Assembly (NCBI RefSeq): GCF_018350175.1
Contig: NC_058383.1
Span: 19,098,001 to 19,162,000 of the forward strand
Source of the DNA: Felis catus
Lineage: Eukaryota
Length of the DNA: 64,000 nucleotides
Direction: 5' to 3'
The position numbers and the translations under genes are program-made. The notes beneath the pieces are model-generated. The model worked only from the letters and a program-made list of their open reading frames with translations. It made no database searches and was not told where the DNA came from. This document shows positions 48,426 through 59,710 of this stretch, in pieces (within the stretch, counting starts at the first letter, position 1; every line of letters begins with the position of its first letter).

Positions 48426-49659
48426 TGACGAAAAATTTTAACATTGAATTTTAATGTATTTGTCTTTAACCGATGCAATTGCAAAAACACAATTTTTAGT
48501 TTAATTTAATTTCTTTATGTAGGAAGGAGCCCAACAGGCCAAAATGCCTGGGACCCACAAGGTCTGAACGTGGCCCTGGGTGGCGTCAGTGTGCATCTGG
48601 CCACTAAAGGCTTCTGTCTCCAGATTTTGAGAAAACCATAGAACATTAAAGAAAGCGTGAAACCATTCATTCAGATCTGTCCGTCTGGCTTGCCACTGTT
48701 CTCTCTCTCTTTTTTTTTTTATCCTCACTTGCAGTTGTTGGCTGTCAACAAACACCTCTTGCCATGGGTTCTAATCTTGGTACCTCTGGCTCGCTGTGTG
48801 GCCCCGAGTCTTAGTGTCTTCATCTGTGAAGGGAAGCGGGGCCCCAGAGCCTGAGGGAGGAAACGAACACAACAGAACCACAAGAGTGCCGTCCAGCCAC
48901 CTGTGGCCTCATGAATCTTTGGAAGGAGTGACGTCAATAAGGCAGGAATCCACTCCTTCGCTTGGCACTCAAGACCCTTTGTGATCTGGCCCCCGCCTTC
49001 CTTCTCAGCCTCACGTGCCAGCACCCCCTTTATTTATATGGAGCTGGAAGGACGTTCAGGATCCCACAGGGGCTTCCAGGGACTTTCTTAGAGAAGAATT
49101 CACAAGCGTCACGCAGACACATGAGTTGAGAACGCTGGAAGCTTCCAGATCTTTTTTGCCCTCCAACCCACGTTCGTTCCATTTGGACACAAAAACCTGT
49201 ACCCTTAAAATCTGTATCCAGTAAAATCCTTAAACCAGGGGTTACAAGCAGACCCTAAAGGTCAGCCAATCCAGTGCCCCCGGGCCGGCTGGGTGGCCTC
49301 AGTGAGGCAGGGACGGGCAGGGACTGTGGCCGACTCCAAGGCTCGTCCGCTGTCTGAAGGGGGCAGCATCCGGCCCGTGTGATTGTGGCTGTGTGCCCTG
49401 GGGGCCCAGCACGGCCGGGGTTTCTGAGTCTTCATCTGGGCTCGCAAGGCAACATTTTCCCTATGCTGGGATCCCGTGTGGGCCGCACAAAATGTGTCTG
49501 TGGGTGGGGGTCCAGCCTGCGCCACCTTTGTGACCAAGAAGCTGGAGGCTGGGCCGTGTGTCCTCAGTGGTCAGCACAGTGCCCAGCATCGAGGAGGCCC
49601 CGGAAGAGACTGAAAATTTGCAGTTTCTTATAGGCATAAGGTTTGGGTGTAAGGCTCTC

Positions 49660-50950
49660 GCTCATTTGTTCATCCGTTGGTTTGTTCATCCATTCATATA
49701 TTCCTTCAGCAAATATTTAGTTTATAATGTGCTCACTATGTACCAGACGCTGTTTTAGGTGATAGGGGCCCATCAGGAAGAGAGATGGGCAGACAGGGGA
49801 GGGAACCTCTGGAATATTGAATAGATTAGCTAGGAAAGGCCTCCCTGAGCAGGTAACATGTGGGGAAAGTGGTAAAAAAGAGGAAAAGTAAACCATTCAG
49901 CTCTCTGAGGGAAAAATGCTCCAGGTAGAAGTGGCAGCCTGTGCAAAGGCCCTGAGGTGGGGAGGGGGGGGTCCCGGCGCATTTCAAGATCAGCAAGGAG
50001 GCCGATGTGGCTGGAGTGGGGTGAGTGAGGGGGAAGCTCGTAGGAGACGAGGTCGGGGAGGTGATGGGGGGACAGATCGCACGGGGCCTGGTTGGCCGCA
50101 CTGAGGACTTGGGTTCTGACCCTGAGTGAACTGGGAACCACGGGAGGCTTCTGAACAAAGGGACATGATCCGTCTGCGTGAATAAGGGCAGAAACAGAGA
50201 GACCCAAGCAAGGGCTGTTGCCACAGCCCAAAGGCTGTGGGCGATGGTGGCTGGAGCAGCGGAGGGGGTGAGAAGTGGTCGGATTCTAGATATACCTCCA
50301 AGCCAGAGCCACAGACCAGATGTGGAGATGCGAGAGCAAGAGAGAAGTCAAGGTTGACGCTGCGGTTCTGGCCCGAGCACGTGGGAGGCCGGAGATGCCG
50401 TTTCCGGAGCGGGGGGCGGGGGTGCACGAGGATGCGGGGCGCGCCCTCGTGGCGCTGACGACTTGTGGGCCATCCGTCCAAGAGTCGCATGCGGGAGGTA
50501 GAAGCGTCGGGTGACCGGATGTCCCACAGGGGAAGGCCAAGGTGCCCTGAGAGCTTAGAACAGGGAAAGTGTGTCCCCGGCAGGGGGGACGGCACGTGTG
50601 GAGGCCTCGTGGTGGAGGGAGCCTGAGGAGTGTCGGGGGCCGAGTTCAGGGGTCCCCGTGAAGGAACTTGGGCTTCATTCTTCAGGAAGTCATCAGAGGG
50701 TTTTGAGCGGGAGGGGGGGGGGAGAGAGTGTGTGTGTGTGTGTGTGTGTGTGTGAGATGTGATCGGAACTGTGTGGCTCCAAAGCATCCCTCTGGCGACA
50801 ACAGTGTGGAGGCCCAGGGAGCCCCGCGAGCGGCTGCCCTCATCCTGGTGGGTCTGGATGGGGTTGAGGCCATGGAGGGGGACTGAGGGCTCGGAGCAGG
50901 TGCCAGCGACTGGGCTGGATGGGTTGGATCAGGAGGTGAGAGCGGAGGAG
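49660..50950 (-). mobile_element. LINE-2 (L2) fragments with internal (TG)n at ~50728-50753
   Basis: CATCCATTCAT...CAGCAAATATTT, GGAAAGGCCTCCCTGAGCAGGTAACA, TGCAAAGGCCCTGAGGTGGG, GAGAAGTGGTCGGATTCTAGATATA. Confidence 0.82.
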
Positions 50951-51749
50951 GCGGCCTCCCCGGGGCTGTTCAGCTGAGTTGGCAGCAAACATTCCTTGGG
51001 GACACTGACTTTCCGGGAATAAAGGTTAGAGACGCTCGGGTGCCACGCCCACTTGGCGACAGGGCTCAGGGAAGGGGAGAGGCGAAAGCCTGAAGCCCTC
51101 GCTGCCTCTCACATTCTGAAAACCCTTCTTTTCTTTTCGAAGGTGAAACATGTCGCAGCTTCATTGACCTGGCCCCAGCATCGGAGAAGGGTAAGTGTGG
51201 CCCCCGCTCAGGTCTCAGGTGTGTGAGCCAAGTGCCCTGCAGAGACGCTTCCTGCCCAGGTGGCTTTTCCAAAGCCCCGTGAGAGCTTTTCCTGCCGCAC
51301 TCATGGGCGACGGCTCCCCAGGGGAGCCTGAATCCTGCAGCTCTGAGTTTCTTAAGCTGTTCGGAAGGGGACAGAGGCAGGTGGGGGATCATCCTGTCCC
51401 CACCCCCGGCCACCGCCGCACCACTCCCCTCCGCAAGCGGGGTGGCCCTGAGAGTCATTACGCTTCCATCCTTCCAGGGCACAGCAGGACTTCGGGAGGT
51501 AGGACGGGTGTGCAGAAGTTGGGGTCAGGCTAGACCAGTGTTGGGGGCACTGCCTTGAGCGCAGGATGTGACCTCGGGGGCAGGAAGCCAGATGCCCTGT
51601 GTCTGTCATCTCAACAGGCGTGGGGAGGCCCCAGTCACTGTGCAGAGATGACTCTCTGGTGTGTGGGGCCCATGAACAGAGATTCTGCCTCCCGGTGATG
51701 CTCCGGTAGGATGGTCAGGGGCCGGCCATCCTGTGGGGCGAGCACAGCA

Positions 51750-52220
51750 GTCAGGATTAAGTTTAGCCACAGGAATGGTGATCCACAGTAGCTGGCTTTA
51801 AAGGACAAATGTGCCTTGCTTTTATAAAAGTTTGGAAGTAGGCAATCCAGGGAGGCTCTGCCCCACGAAGCTCTCAGGATCCGGAACCTTGCTGCCCCTC
51901 TCCATCATCTCTGTGCCTTTGTCCTCATGGTCTCAAATGGCGGCTGGTGCTCCAGCGGTCACACCTGCCTTCTGGGCAGCCACTTAGAAGGGCGCAAAGG
52001 AGGAAGGGCAAAGCTTGCTGGTCAATTCCAAGGTTTCTAGAAGCTGCCCGCAGTACCTGCTCATGTGTCCTTGGCCAGAACATGATCCCAGGGCCAGACT
52101 CAGCTGCAAAGGAAGCTGGGAAATGAGATCGCTATCCCGGCAACCATGTGCTCAGCGAAGTCAGGGGTTTTGTTATTACGGAAGAGCAGGAGAATGGATG
52201 CTGGAAGGTTCGCTGCCGAA
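51750..52220 (-). mobile_element. Old MLT1-family LTR
   Basis: TGTCCTCATGGTCTCAAATGGCGGCTG, TTGGCCAGAACATG...CAGCTGCAAAGGAAGCTGGGAAATG. Confidence 0.72.
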
Positions 52221-52813
52221 GGGACGTAGGGGTGCGGCCGCCTCCCCACCCCTGCCCAAGGAGGACGGCTGCCGGGAGAGGGGAGGTGTGCAGGTGTCTT
52301 CAGACAGCCCAGAGATGAGGAGAGGGCTCTGGTTCTGGGAGTCAGCGTGGGGAAACTGAGGCAGAAGTCCAGTGCTAGAAACTGTCCCAACAAGGGGGAT
52401 CTCGGTGTGCCTGTCCGGGGCTTGTGGCCACTGGTGCCTCTTGCTGGTGGGGCTGGTGGCCCTGCAGCGTCCGGAAGTTCGGGGACTGGAGGGTCAGTCT
52501 CTGACCCATCCCTGCTGATGGCAGAGAGGGAGTGGGTGAGGGGGACCTATGTCACGGAGGCTGCGAATGTTCCTGTCTCATAGACACTGTCCCCTTGAAG
52601 ACCTTCAACCAAGTGGCAGCTCATGAGACAGGGACCCTCAGGCCCAGGAAGAGGCCCAGACGCCCCCGCCCAGCAGCCTTTTGGCAGGGGGCACTTCCTC
52701 CTCCGTTTCCTCCTTGGTTTTCCCAGTGACTGTGCCCTATGTGGCCGCTACTCGTGGCCACCCCTGAAGTTCTGAGCTGAGCAACCGGGCCCCAGCTTCT
52801 AAACTGAGGTCAG

Positions 52814-53035
52814 GAGGGCCACCTGGGTGGTTCAGCCGGTTAAGCCTCCAATTCTTGGTTTCGGCTCAGGTCATAATCTCTCGGTTGGTGGGATCGAACC
52901 CCACGTCGGGCTCTGCGCTGACACCATGGACCCTGTCATGCTGTCTCTCTCTCTTTCTCCCTCTCTCTCTGCCCCCCCTCCCTGCTTGTGCTCTCCCTCT
53001 CTTTCAAAATAAGTAAACTTAACCAAGAAAAGTTG
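52814..53035 (+). mobile_element. Can-SINE
   Basis: TSD AAACTGAGGTC at 52801 and 53036. Confidence 0.93.
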
Positions 53036-53325
53036 AAACTGAGGTCCAGAAGCGCCAGGAATACTACTGGGTAATACGGAGCGGACGTTCGACGAGCGGT
53101 TCCTCCGCACCAGGTGCTTCCTAGGCGTTAACCGAGAAGCCTCCCCCAACCTTGGGGGGCGCTGACAGACTCGCCCCACTTGACGGGTGAGGAATCGGAG
53201 CCTTAGAGGCATGAAGCCGCCTACATCTCACATCTGGGGCAGAGCCCACGCTTCGGGCCCCCCTGTGCTGTGGCATCTTGCGAGCCCGGCCCCGGGGGCG
53301 GCCCTCGAGAACACCGAGCCAGTGA

Positions 53326-53326
<1 letters not shown>

Positions 53327-53386
<60 letters not shown>
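53327..53386. repeat. Poly(C) homopolymer, 60 nt
   Basis: Direct count. Confidence 0.95.
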
Positions 53387-53387
<1 letters not shown>

Positions 53388-53444
53388 AGGCCTGGGAGCT
53401 CCCGGCTCAACTGTGCTCCGCATCCGGCTTCCAGGAAGCGCGGC

Positions 53445-55155
53445 CCGTGTGCGCGCACGTAAGCGTGCGTGTGCGTGTCGAGTTGAGGGCGAGTGTACAC
53501 GTGTGCGATCAGGTGGTCCCGTGAGTATTGCACACATGTGTCTCCTGTGTGGACACACACGCGCGCCGGTGGCTGAGCGTGTGAGTGTGAAAGGGCATGC
53601 GCTTGTGTGTCCAAGTGTGTGTGCACGCGTGGGCACGTGTGGAGTGCATATACGCTTGTGTCCATGTGAGCATGTGCATATGTGTGTCTAAGTGTGAGCA
53701 TACACGGGTATGTGTGTGCACGTGAGTGTCCATGTGAGCATGTGCATATGAGCATACACGGGTATGTGTGTGCACGTGTGAGTGTCCATGTGAGCATGTG
53801 CATATGTATGTCTAAGCGTGAGCACGTGTGAGTGTGTGCACGCGTGAGCATGTGTGGAGCGCATACACGTGTGTCCATGTGAGCATGTGCATATGCGTGT
53901 CCAAGTGTGAACATGCACGTGTGTGCACGTGTGAGTGTGTGAGTACATACATGTGTGTGTGAACACACACATATGTGTCCAAGTGGGAGCATGCACGGAT
54001 GTGTGTGTGCACGTGTGAGTGTCCATGTGAGCACGTGCATGTGTGTCTAAGCGTGAGCATGCGTGTGTGCACGCGTGAGCATGTGTGGAGTGTGTACACC
54101 TGTGTGTCCATGTAAGCATGTGCATATGTGTGTCCAAGTGTGAACATGCACGTGTGTGCACGTGTGAGCATGTCATGTGTGTCCAAGTGGGAGCATGCAC
54201 GGATGTGTGTGCACGTGTGAGTGTCCATGTGAACATGTGCATATGTGTGTCTAAGTGTGAGCATGCATGAGTGTGTGCACGTGTGAGCATGTGTGGAGTG
54301 TATACACGTGTGTCCATGTAAGCATGTGCATCCAAGTGTGAACATGCACGTGTGTGCACGTGTGAGCGTGTGTGAGTACATACATGTGTGTGTGAACACA
54401 CACATGTGTCCAAGTGGGAGCATGCATGGGTGTGTGTGTGCACGTGTGAGTGTACATGTGAGCATGTGCATATGTGTGTCCAATTGCGAGCATGCATGGG
54501 TGTGTATGTATGTGCACACGTGAGCATGTGTGGAGTGTGTACACGTGTGTGTCCATGTGAGCACGTGCATGTGTGTCCCAGTGTGAACATGCACGGGTGT
54601 GTGTGCACATGTGAGCGTGTGGAGTGTGTGTCCATTGTGAGAATATGCATATATGTATCTGAGTGTGAGCCTGCACAAGTGTGGGTGTGCACGTGTGAGC
54701 ATGTGTGAGTACATACATATATGTACTCCATACATGAGTGCTCCATGTGAGCACGTGCATATACGTGTCCAAGTGGGAGCATGCACAGGTGTGTGTGTCC
54801 ACGTGTGAGTGTGTGTGGAGTGCATACACATGTGTGTGTCCAGGTGAGCACGTGTGTCCAAGTGTGAACATGTGTGTGTGTGCGTGCACGCGTGAGCGGC
54901 CATGTGACCATGTGCATACGTGTGTCCCAAGTGTGAGCATGCACGTGTGTGTGCGCATGTGTGCGCGTGTGTGGAGTGCGTACACGTGTGAGCGTCCATG
55001 TGAGCTTGTGCATACGTGTGACCCAAGTGCCAGCGCGCCTGGGGGTGTGTGCACGTGTGAGCACGTGTGGAGGGTGCGTGTCCACGTGTGAGCACGCACG
55101 TGCGTGTGTGTGCCTGTGTGAGCATTGTGGAGCGGGTACGCGTGCGTGCGTGTCC
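53445..55155. repeat. Complex alternating purine-pyrimidine (TG/CA/CG) minisatellite with higher-order structure
   Basis: Recurring modules GTCCATGTGAGCATGTGCAT, C(C/T)AAGTG(T/G)GA(G/A)CATGCAC, GTGCACGTGTGAG, GTGTGGAG. Confidence 0.93.
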
Positions 55156-55769
55156 GTGTCCGGCGGCGGGCGGGTCGTTCACGCCTCCTCCTGGAAGCAG
55201 TCGACCTTTGTTCCTGCTTCTGTTACGAGGACCGAGGGCCCCGGGGAGATTGTATCTTTGTGTTTTCCCGGCCTCGTGATTTTCCCTTCAGGGCTTGGCG
55301 GCCACGTCAAGGACCTTCTGGCGGCGCATATAAAAATGTTTATAAGGAGGCTGAGTGGGCTGGCTTTGCCGCCAAGCTGCAGAACGATTTTCGCGCCCTC
55401 CCGGCCTCTCAGGCGTGTCAGCTGTCCCCTCAGATCGGCGGGGTTTGTCGCGCAGCTGCTGTGCCCTCTCCTCGAGCCCCCCCACCCCCGCCCCCGGCCT
55501 GCCCCCCCCCCCCCAGAGGCCTGCAGGAACGTGACGCTCACGGGTCCGTCCCTGTGCCCGCCTCCCACGGTGACTGTCCGTGTCACGGATGAGGTCCCCG
55601 AGCTGCGGAGACGGAGCGCTGGGTCGGGGCCACGGGGGGAGTCCGGGGCAGGTGTTGGAGCCTGGGTGTGTTCTGGCCCCAAAGCGCACGCGTCTCCTGG
55701 CTCCTTGTCCCCGCGCCCGCCCCCTCTGGGACTTCCCTTCTGGTCTGCCGGATACGGTAGTGACCGCGA

Positions 55770-55950
55770 CGCTCACACGGACTGGCTTTCACCACCACGT
55801 GCCAGGCAGTGTTCTGAGAACGTGACACGCAGGGACTCGTTCTAGTCCTCGTTTTACAGGTGAGGAAACGGAGGCACAGAGAGTGAATCGACTGGCCCAA
55901 AGTCATACAGTTAGGACGCTGGGTTTGAACCTGAGCCCTTTGGCTCTTAA
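55770..55950 (-). mobile_element. MIR SINE
   Basis: TTTTACAGGTGAGGAAACGGAGGCACAGAGAGTGAATCGACTGGCCCAAAGTCATACAG. Confidence 0.82.
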
Positions 55951-55989
55951 GTACGCCAGGCCTTCCAAGACTCTGCGAGCGAGTGAGTG

Positions 55990-55990
55990 A

Positions 55991-56022
<32 letters not shown>

Positions 56023-56612
56023 TCAAGGCTCGGTGTGTGTATGCGTGAGCAGGTACTGCTGTGACAGCGTGTGCACGGGTGTCTCACTGCTGTGAGAGCG
56101 TGTGCACGGGTGTGCTTTCATGCTGGTGGGTGAGCGCGTGTGAGGATGGGGGTATGTAAATGTGTGCACTGGTGAGACTGTGCACGTGCATAGAGGCATG
56201 GGGTGTGTTCGTGTGTGAGCATGCACGGATGTGTGTGCATGTGTGTGTGCACGGATGTGTGCGCATGTGCACAGACGCATGGGTGTGTGTGCACGTGTGC
56301 ACGTGCATGTGCGTAGATGCACAGTGTGTGGGCATGTGTGAGCGTGCATGGATGCGCATAGCTGCACAGCATGTGTTTATGTGTGAGCGTGCATGGATGT
56401 GTGTGCGCACCTGTGTGCAGGTGCATAGATGCATGGTGTGTGAGCGTACATGGATGCGTGTGCACATGTGCATCGATGCATGGATGTTGTGTGCACGTGT
56501 GCATAGATGCACAGTGTGTGTCCATGTGTGAATGTGCACGCATGCGTGGATACATGTGTATATGCGCAGAGATGCATACATGTTTGCATGCATGTGTGAA
56601 CGTGGGTGTGTA
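55990..56612. repeat. (TG)n plus degenerate RY repeat rich in GTGCAT/GCATG
   Basis: Pure TG run 55993-56021 followed by cryptic TG/CA repeat. Confidence 0.9.
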
Positions 56613-56929
56613 CTGGGTAATACTCCTCGCTCCTCCTGCACCAAGACCTCTGAGCCAAGTTCAGGGTGTCCTCAGACTAGGTCTCCCCTTCTTTTCTTGA
56701 CCTCCTTCCGCCTGGCAAACCATAGTCACACTTTCCAGGCCCTTCACGAATGGCACCCCCTCTTTGCCATTTTCTCCAGTACCCTCTGGTCCCTTGCTTC
56801 CCGACCCTGTCCCCTGGAAAATTATTTGTCTGTCATCAGTATTTTTAGCATGACGTGCATTTTTCTCAGTTTGTGCCTGACCATTTTAGTTTTGTGCTTC
56901 ACATGGGAAATATCTTTTTGTTTTATACT

Positions 56930-57540
56930 AGCCTAAGCCACATCCATTTTTCATCTGGATTCCTGCCACAGTCTCTTAACTGCTTACCTCCTTCCATGTT
57001 TGCCCCCTGATTCCAGAATGATTTTTTTAACGCGTAAGTCAGCTCATGCGAATCCCCGTTTAAAACCCACCCTTGGCTTCTGTCGCACTCAGAGAAAAAG
57101 CACACGTTCTCATCACAGCCTGTAAGGTGTGTGGGGTCTGGCTCCGTATCTCTGGGGCTCGTCTCCTGCGCTCTCCCCTCCCCTGCCGTCACCACACTCC
57201 AGCACCCCCGGATCCTTACTGTTCCTTGAGTCAGCCAAACTAGTGTGTGCCTCAGGACCTTTGCACTTGTCATTCCCTGCTCCCAGAACACTGTTCGCTC
57301 AGCTCTCTGCACAGCTGGTAACTCCTCGTCATTCAGGGTTCGGTTTGAATGTCCCAGCTTCAGGGAAGCCTTTGCATCACTTATTACTGCCTGCAGTGTA
57401 TTCAGTGCTCGCCTGATTAACACGGTCAGCCCCGCGAGGGCAGGGGTTTTGTCTCCTTTGTGACTCATTGTGTCCCCACTGCCCAGGAGGGAAGCCTGGC
57501 GCTGACAGGTACTTCACAACACCTGTTGAATGAATGCAAA
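56930..57540 (+). mobile_element. LINE-2 (L2) 3' end
   Basis: GCCTCAGGACCTTTGCACTTG and TGTTGAATGAATG terminus. Confidence 0.82.
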
Positions 57541-57591
57541 ATCAGCATTGATTTTAACAGTATATACTCTTGGTATGAAAATTATAATAAT

Positions 57592-57790
57592 TCTTTTTTT
57601 AAAAAGTTTCAAGGTTTATTTATTTATTTTTATGTTTATCTTTGAGAGAGAGAGAGGGAGAGGGAGAGGGAGAGAGAGCAGGGGAGGGACAGAGAGAGAG
57701 GGAGACACAGAATCCAAAGCGGGTTCCAGGCTCCAAGGTATCAGCACAGAGCTGGACGTGGGGCTCGAACTCAGAAACCATGAAATCATG
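57592..57790 (-). mobile_element. Can-SINE lacking its 5' ~45 bp
   Basis: GAGAGAGAGGGAGACACAGAATCC body; stops at GAAATCATG. Confidence 0.9.
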
Positions 57791-58157
57791 CCACATCCAC
57801 CATCGTGCTGGGTAGCAAGCCGCCCTGGAGCGCAGGGGCATTCGGCATTTACTTTTTGCTCCCGTGGTTGGGGGTTATCTTGGTTCCGGGATGTGGTCTG
57901 GGCTCACGTCTGTTCCACGTGTGTTCCTTCTGGGGGCCGGGTAGAGGGGACAGAAACGCAAGGTGCCTAACCGCACAAAAACGTTTTCGAGTTTTGCTGG
58001 CATCGTATCTGCCAACATCCCATTGGCTAAAGCAAGTCACGCGGCCACTGCCAACATCAGCGAGGCAAGAAATACACTACCCACGTGGGGACCTCCGGGC
58101 CTGACCCCAGCCTCGGGGATGGTTGTGTTGGAATTGGCTCAGCTGGATTTCTGGGCA

Positions 58158-58181
58158 TGTGTGTGTGTGTGTGTGTGTGTG
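58158..58181. repeat. (TG)n microsatellite
   Basis: Direct reading. Confidence 0.95.
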
Positions 58182-59199
58182 ACTCATTGATTTGCAGGTC
58201 AAAGTCTCCCCTGGTCGTTGTCACCCCAAAGTGACCTATGTATTTCTCCAAAAGGGACCCACATGTTTGGGTGGGTTTCCTTGCCGGGTGCCAACTGAAC
58301 AGCCTCTGCCTCCCAGTCATTTGCACACACGCCCTTCCATGTGACAAACATTTCCTGAGCACCCACTACGTGGCAAGCTCTAGGCTAAGCTCTGGCGGTG
58401 TAGACACGAATGAGGCAAAAAAGTCTCTGCCCTACGGGTGGGGAGAGGGCTAAAAATGGTTAGCAGACTTCGGGGAGGGGCTCCGACAGAGGCTAAAGAA
58501 TCCACCCTCCACTGGAAAAGGCAGGCGCAATGATGTTCTGCCTCCTCAGATCCCTGCAGAGAGTCCGGGAAGATGTTGGGGTTCTCCTCCCTTTAGCTTA
58601 TTAACGGTATTCCCCGGTAAGGATTGGTCCCAAGTCACCTGTCACGGTGTCATGTGGGGAATGCCCCCGGTTCCTACACCCCAGTTGGGAGCTGTCCCTC
58701 AGGTCGATGGGCTGTCATTGCGAATGAATGAAGGAACACACGGAGCCTCCCGTGACCCATAGTTGCCATCAAGCCTGCACCCTTCAGCTCCTATGTGCTC
58801 TTCCTCAGTCCCCATCAGCACACACAGTGGAACACAATTCGGCAAGGGGAGTGGACAGTCTACACCGTGGGTTTGCGCAGAAGAAGCCAGAGTCGAGAGA
58901 ATACCTCCTACGACGATGCCACTTAGGTAAAACTGGAAAACGGGCACGATGAGTCTAGACTGTGGGAAGTCAGGACAGCGGTTGCCCTCGACGCCTGAAT
59001 GGGGGACGTGCGGAGGGCCCCGGCGGCTGGCGATGTTCCGATTCTCGGTCTGAGTGCTAGTTACACGGATGTGTTTGGTTTACGAGACGTCATCAAGCCG
59101 TGTAGTTGCGATAGATGCGCTTTTTCCGTCTGTATGTGATGCTTCAAGAAAACGTCAGTTTCCCACGCTGAATTCTAAATTATCCTTCCGAAGTGAAAA

Positions 59200-59710
59200 A
59201 TCCCACCGTATCAGGGTTCTGCTTGAACCCTTTCCCCGGCTCCCAAACTTAAATATCCCAGGATGATTGAACATGGGGTCCATGGCCCTTTGTGGTCTGG
59301 TCTGCCTTTCTTACTCCACTTCCTACCGTCTCTGACATGGACCCTGGGCTCCAGCCCTGTCTTTCCACTTGCATCCATTTCCCTCGAGCTCTCTGCCGTC
59401 TGTCAGGCCTCTGTGCCTTTGCATATGCTGTTCCCTCCGTTTGGTCTGTGGACCTCGGAGAACTTCTGTTTATCCTTCAAAACCTAGCTTAGACATGACG
59501 TTTCCTGCCAAGCCACCCCTGACCCCAGAGATACCCACGGTGACTGGTCCCAAGAACACCCGTCCTTCTGCATTGAGATCATCTCCATCAGACTGGACAC
59601 TCCCGGAGGACAGGCACTGGGTCTTGTCCTTCTGACGGCCCCCATGCCCCAGCCAGAAGGGGTTGGCACACAGCGAGAGTTTAGTACATGTTTGTCGAAC
59701 GAAGGAAGGC
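59200..59710 (+). mobile_element. LINE-2 (L2) fragment
   Basis: GCCTTTGCATATGCTGTTCCCTC, TATCCTTCAAAACCTAGCTTAGACATGAC, TTGGCACACAG motifs. Confidence 0.7.

Noticed and set aside
53121..53636. Poly-Gly/poly-Pro ORFs (also at 21396-21902)
   Set aside because: Produced by C homopolymers
53445..55155. Repeat-spacer (CRISPR-like) array
   Set aside because: Mammalian context, no unique spacers, no cas genes; units are internally repetitive
53228..55182. Long His/Thr/Cys/Met-rich ORFs (270-465 aa) that look like metal-binding proteins
   Set aside because: They are translations of the TG/CA repeat, which rarely yields stop codons; several frames on both strands are open at once
56023..56700. Similar His/Cys/Val-rich ORFs
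   Set aside because: Same repeat artefact
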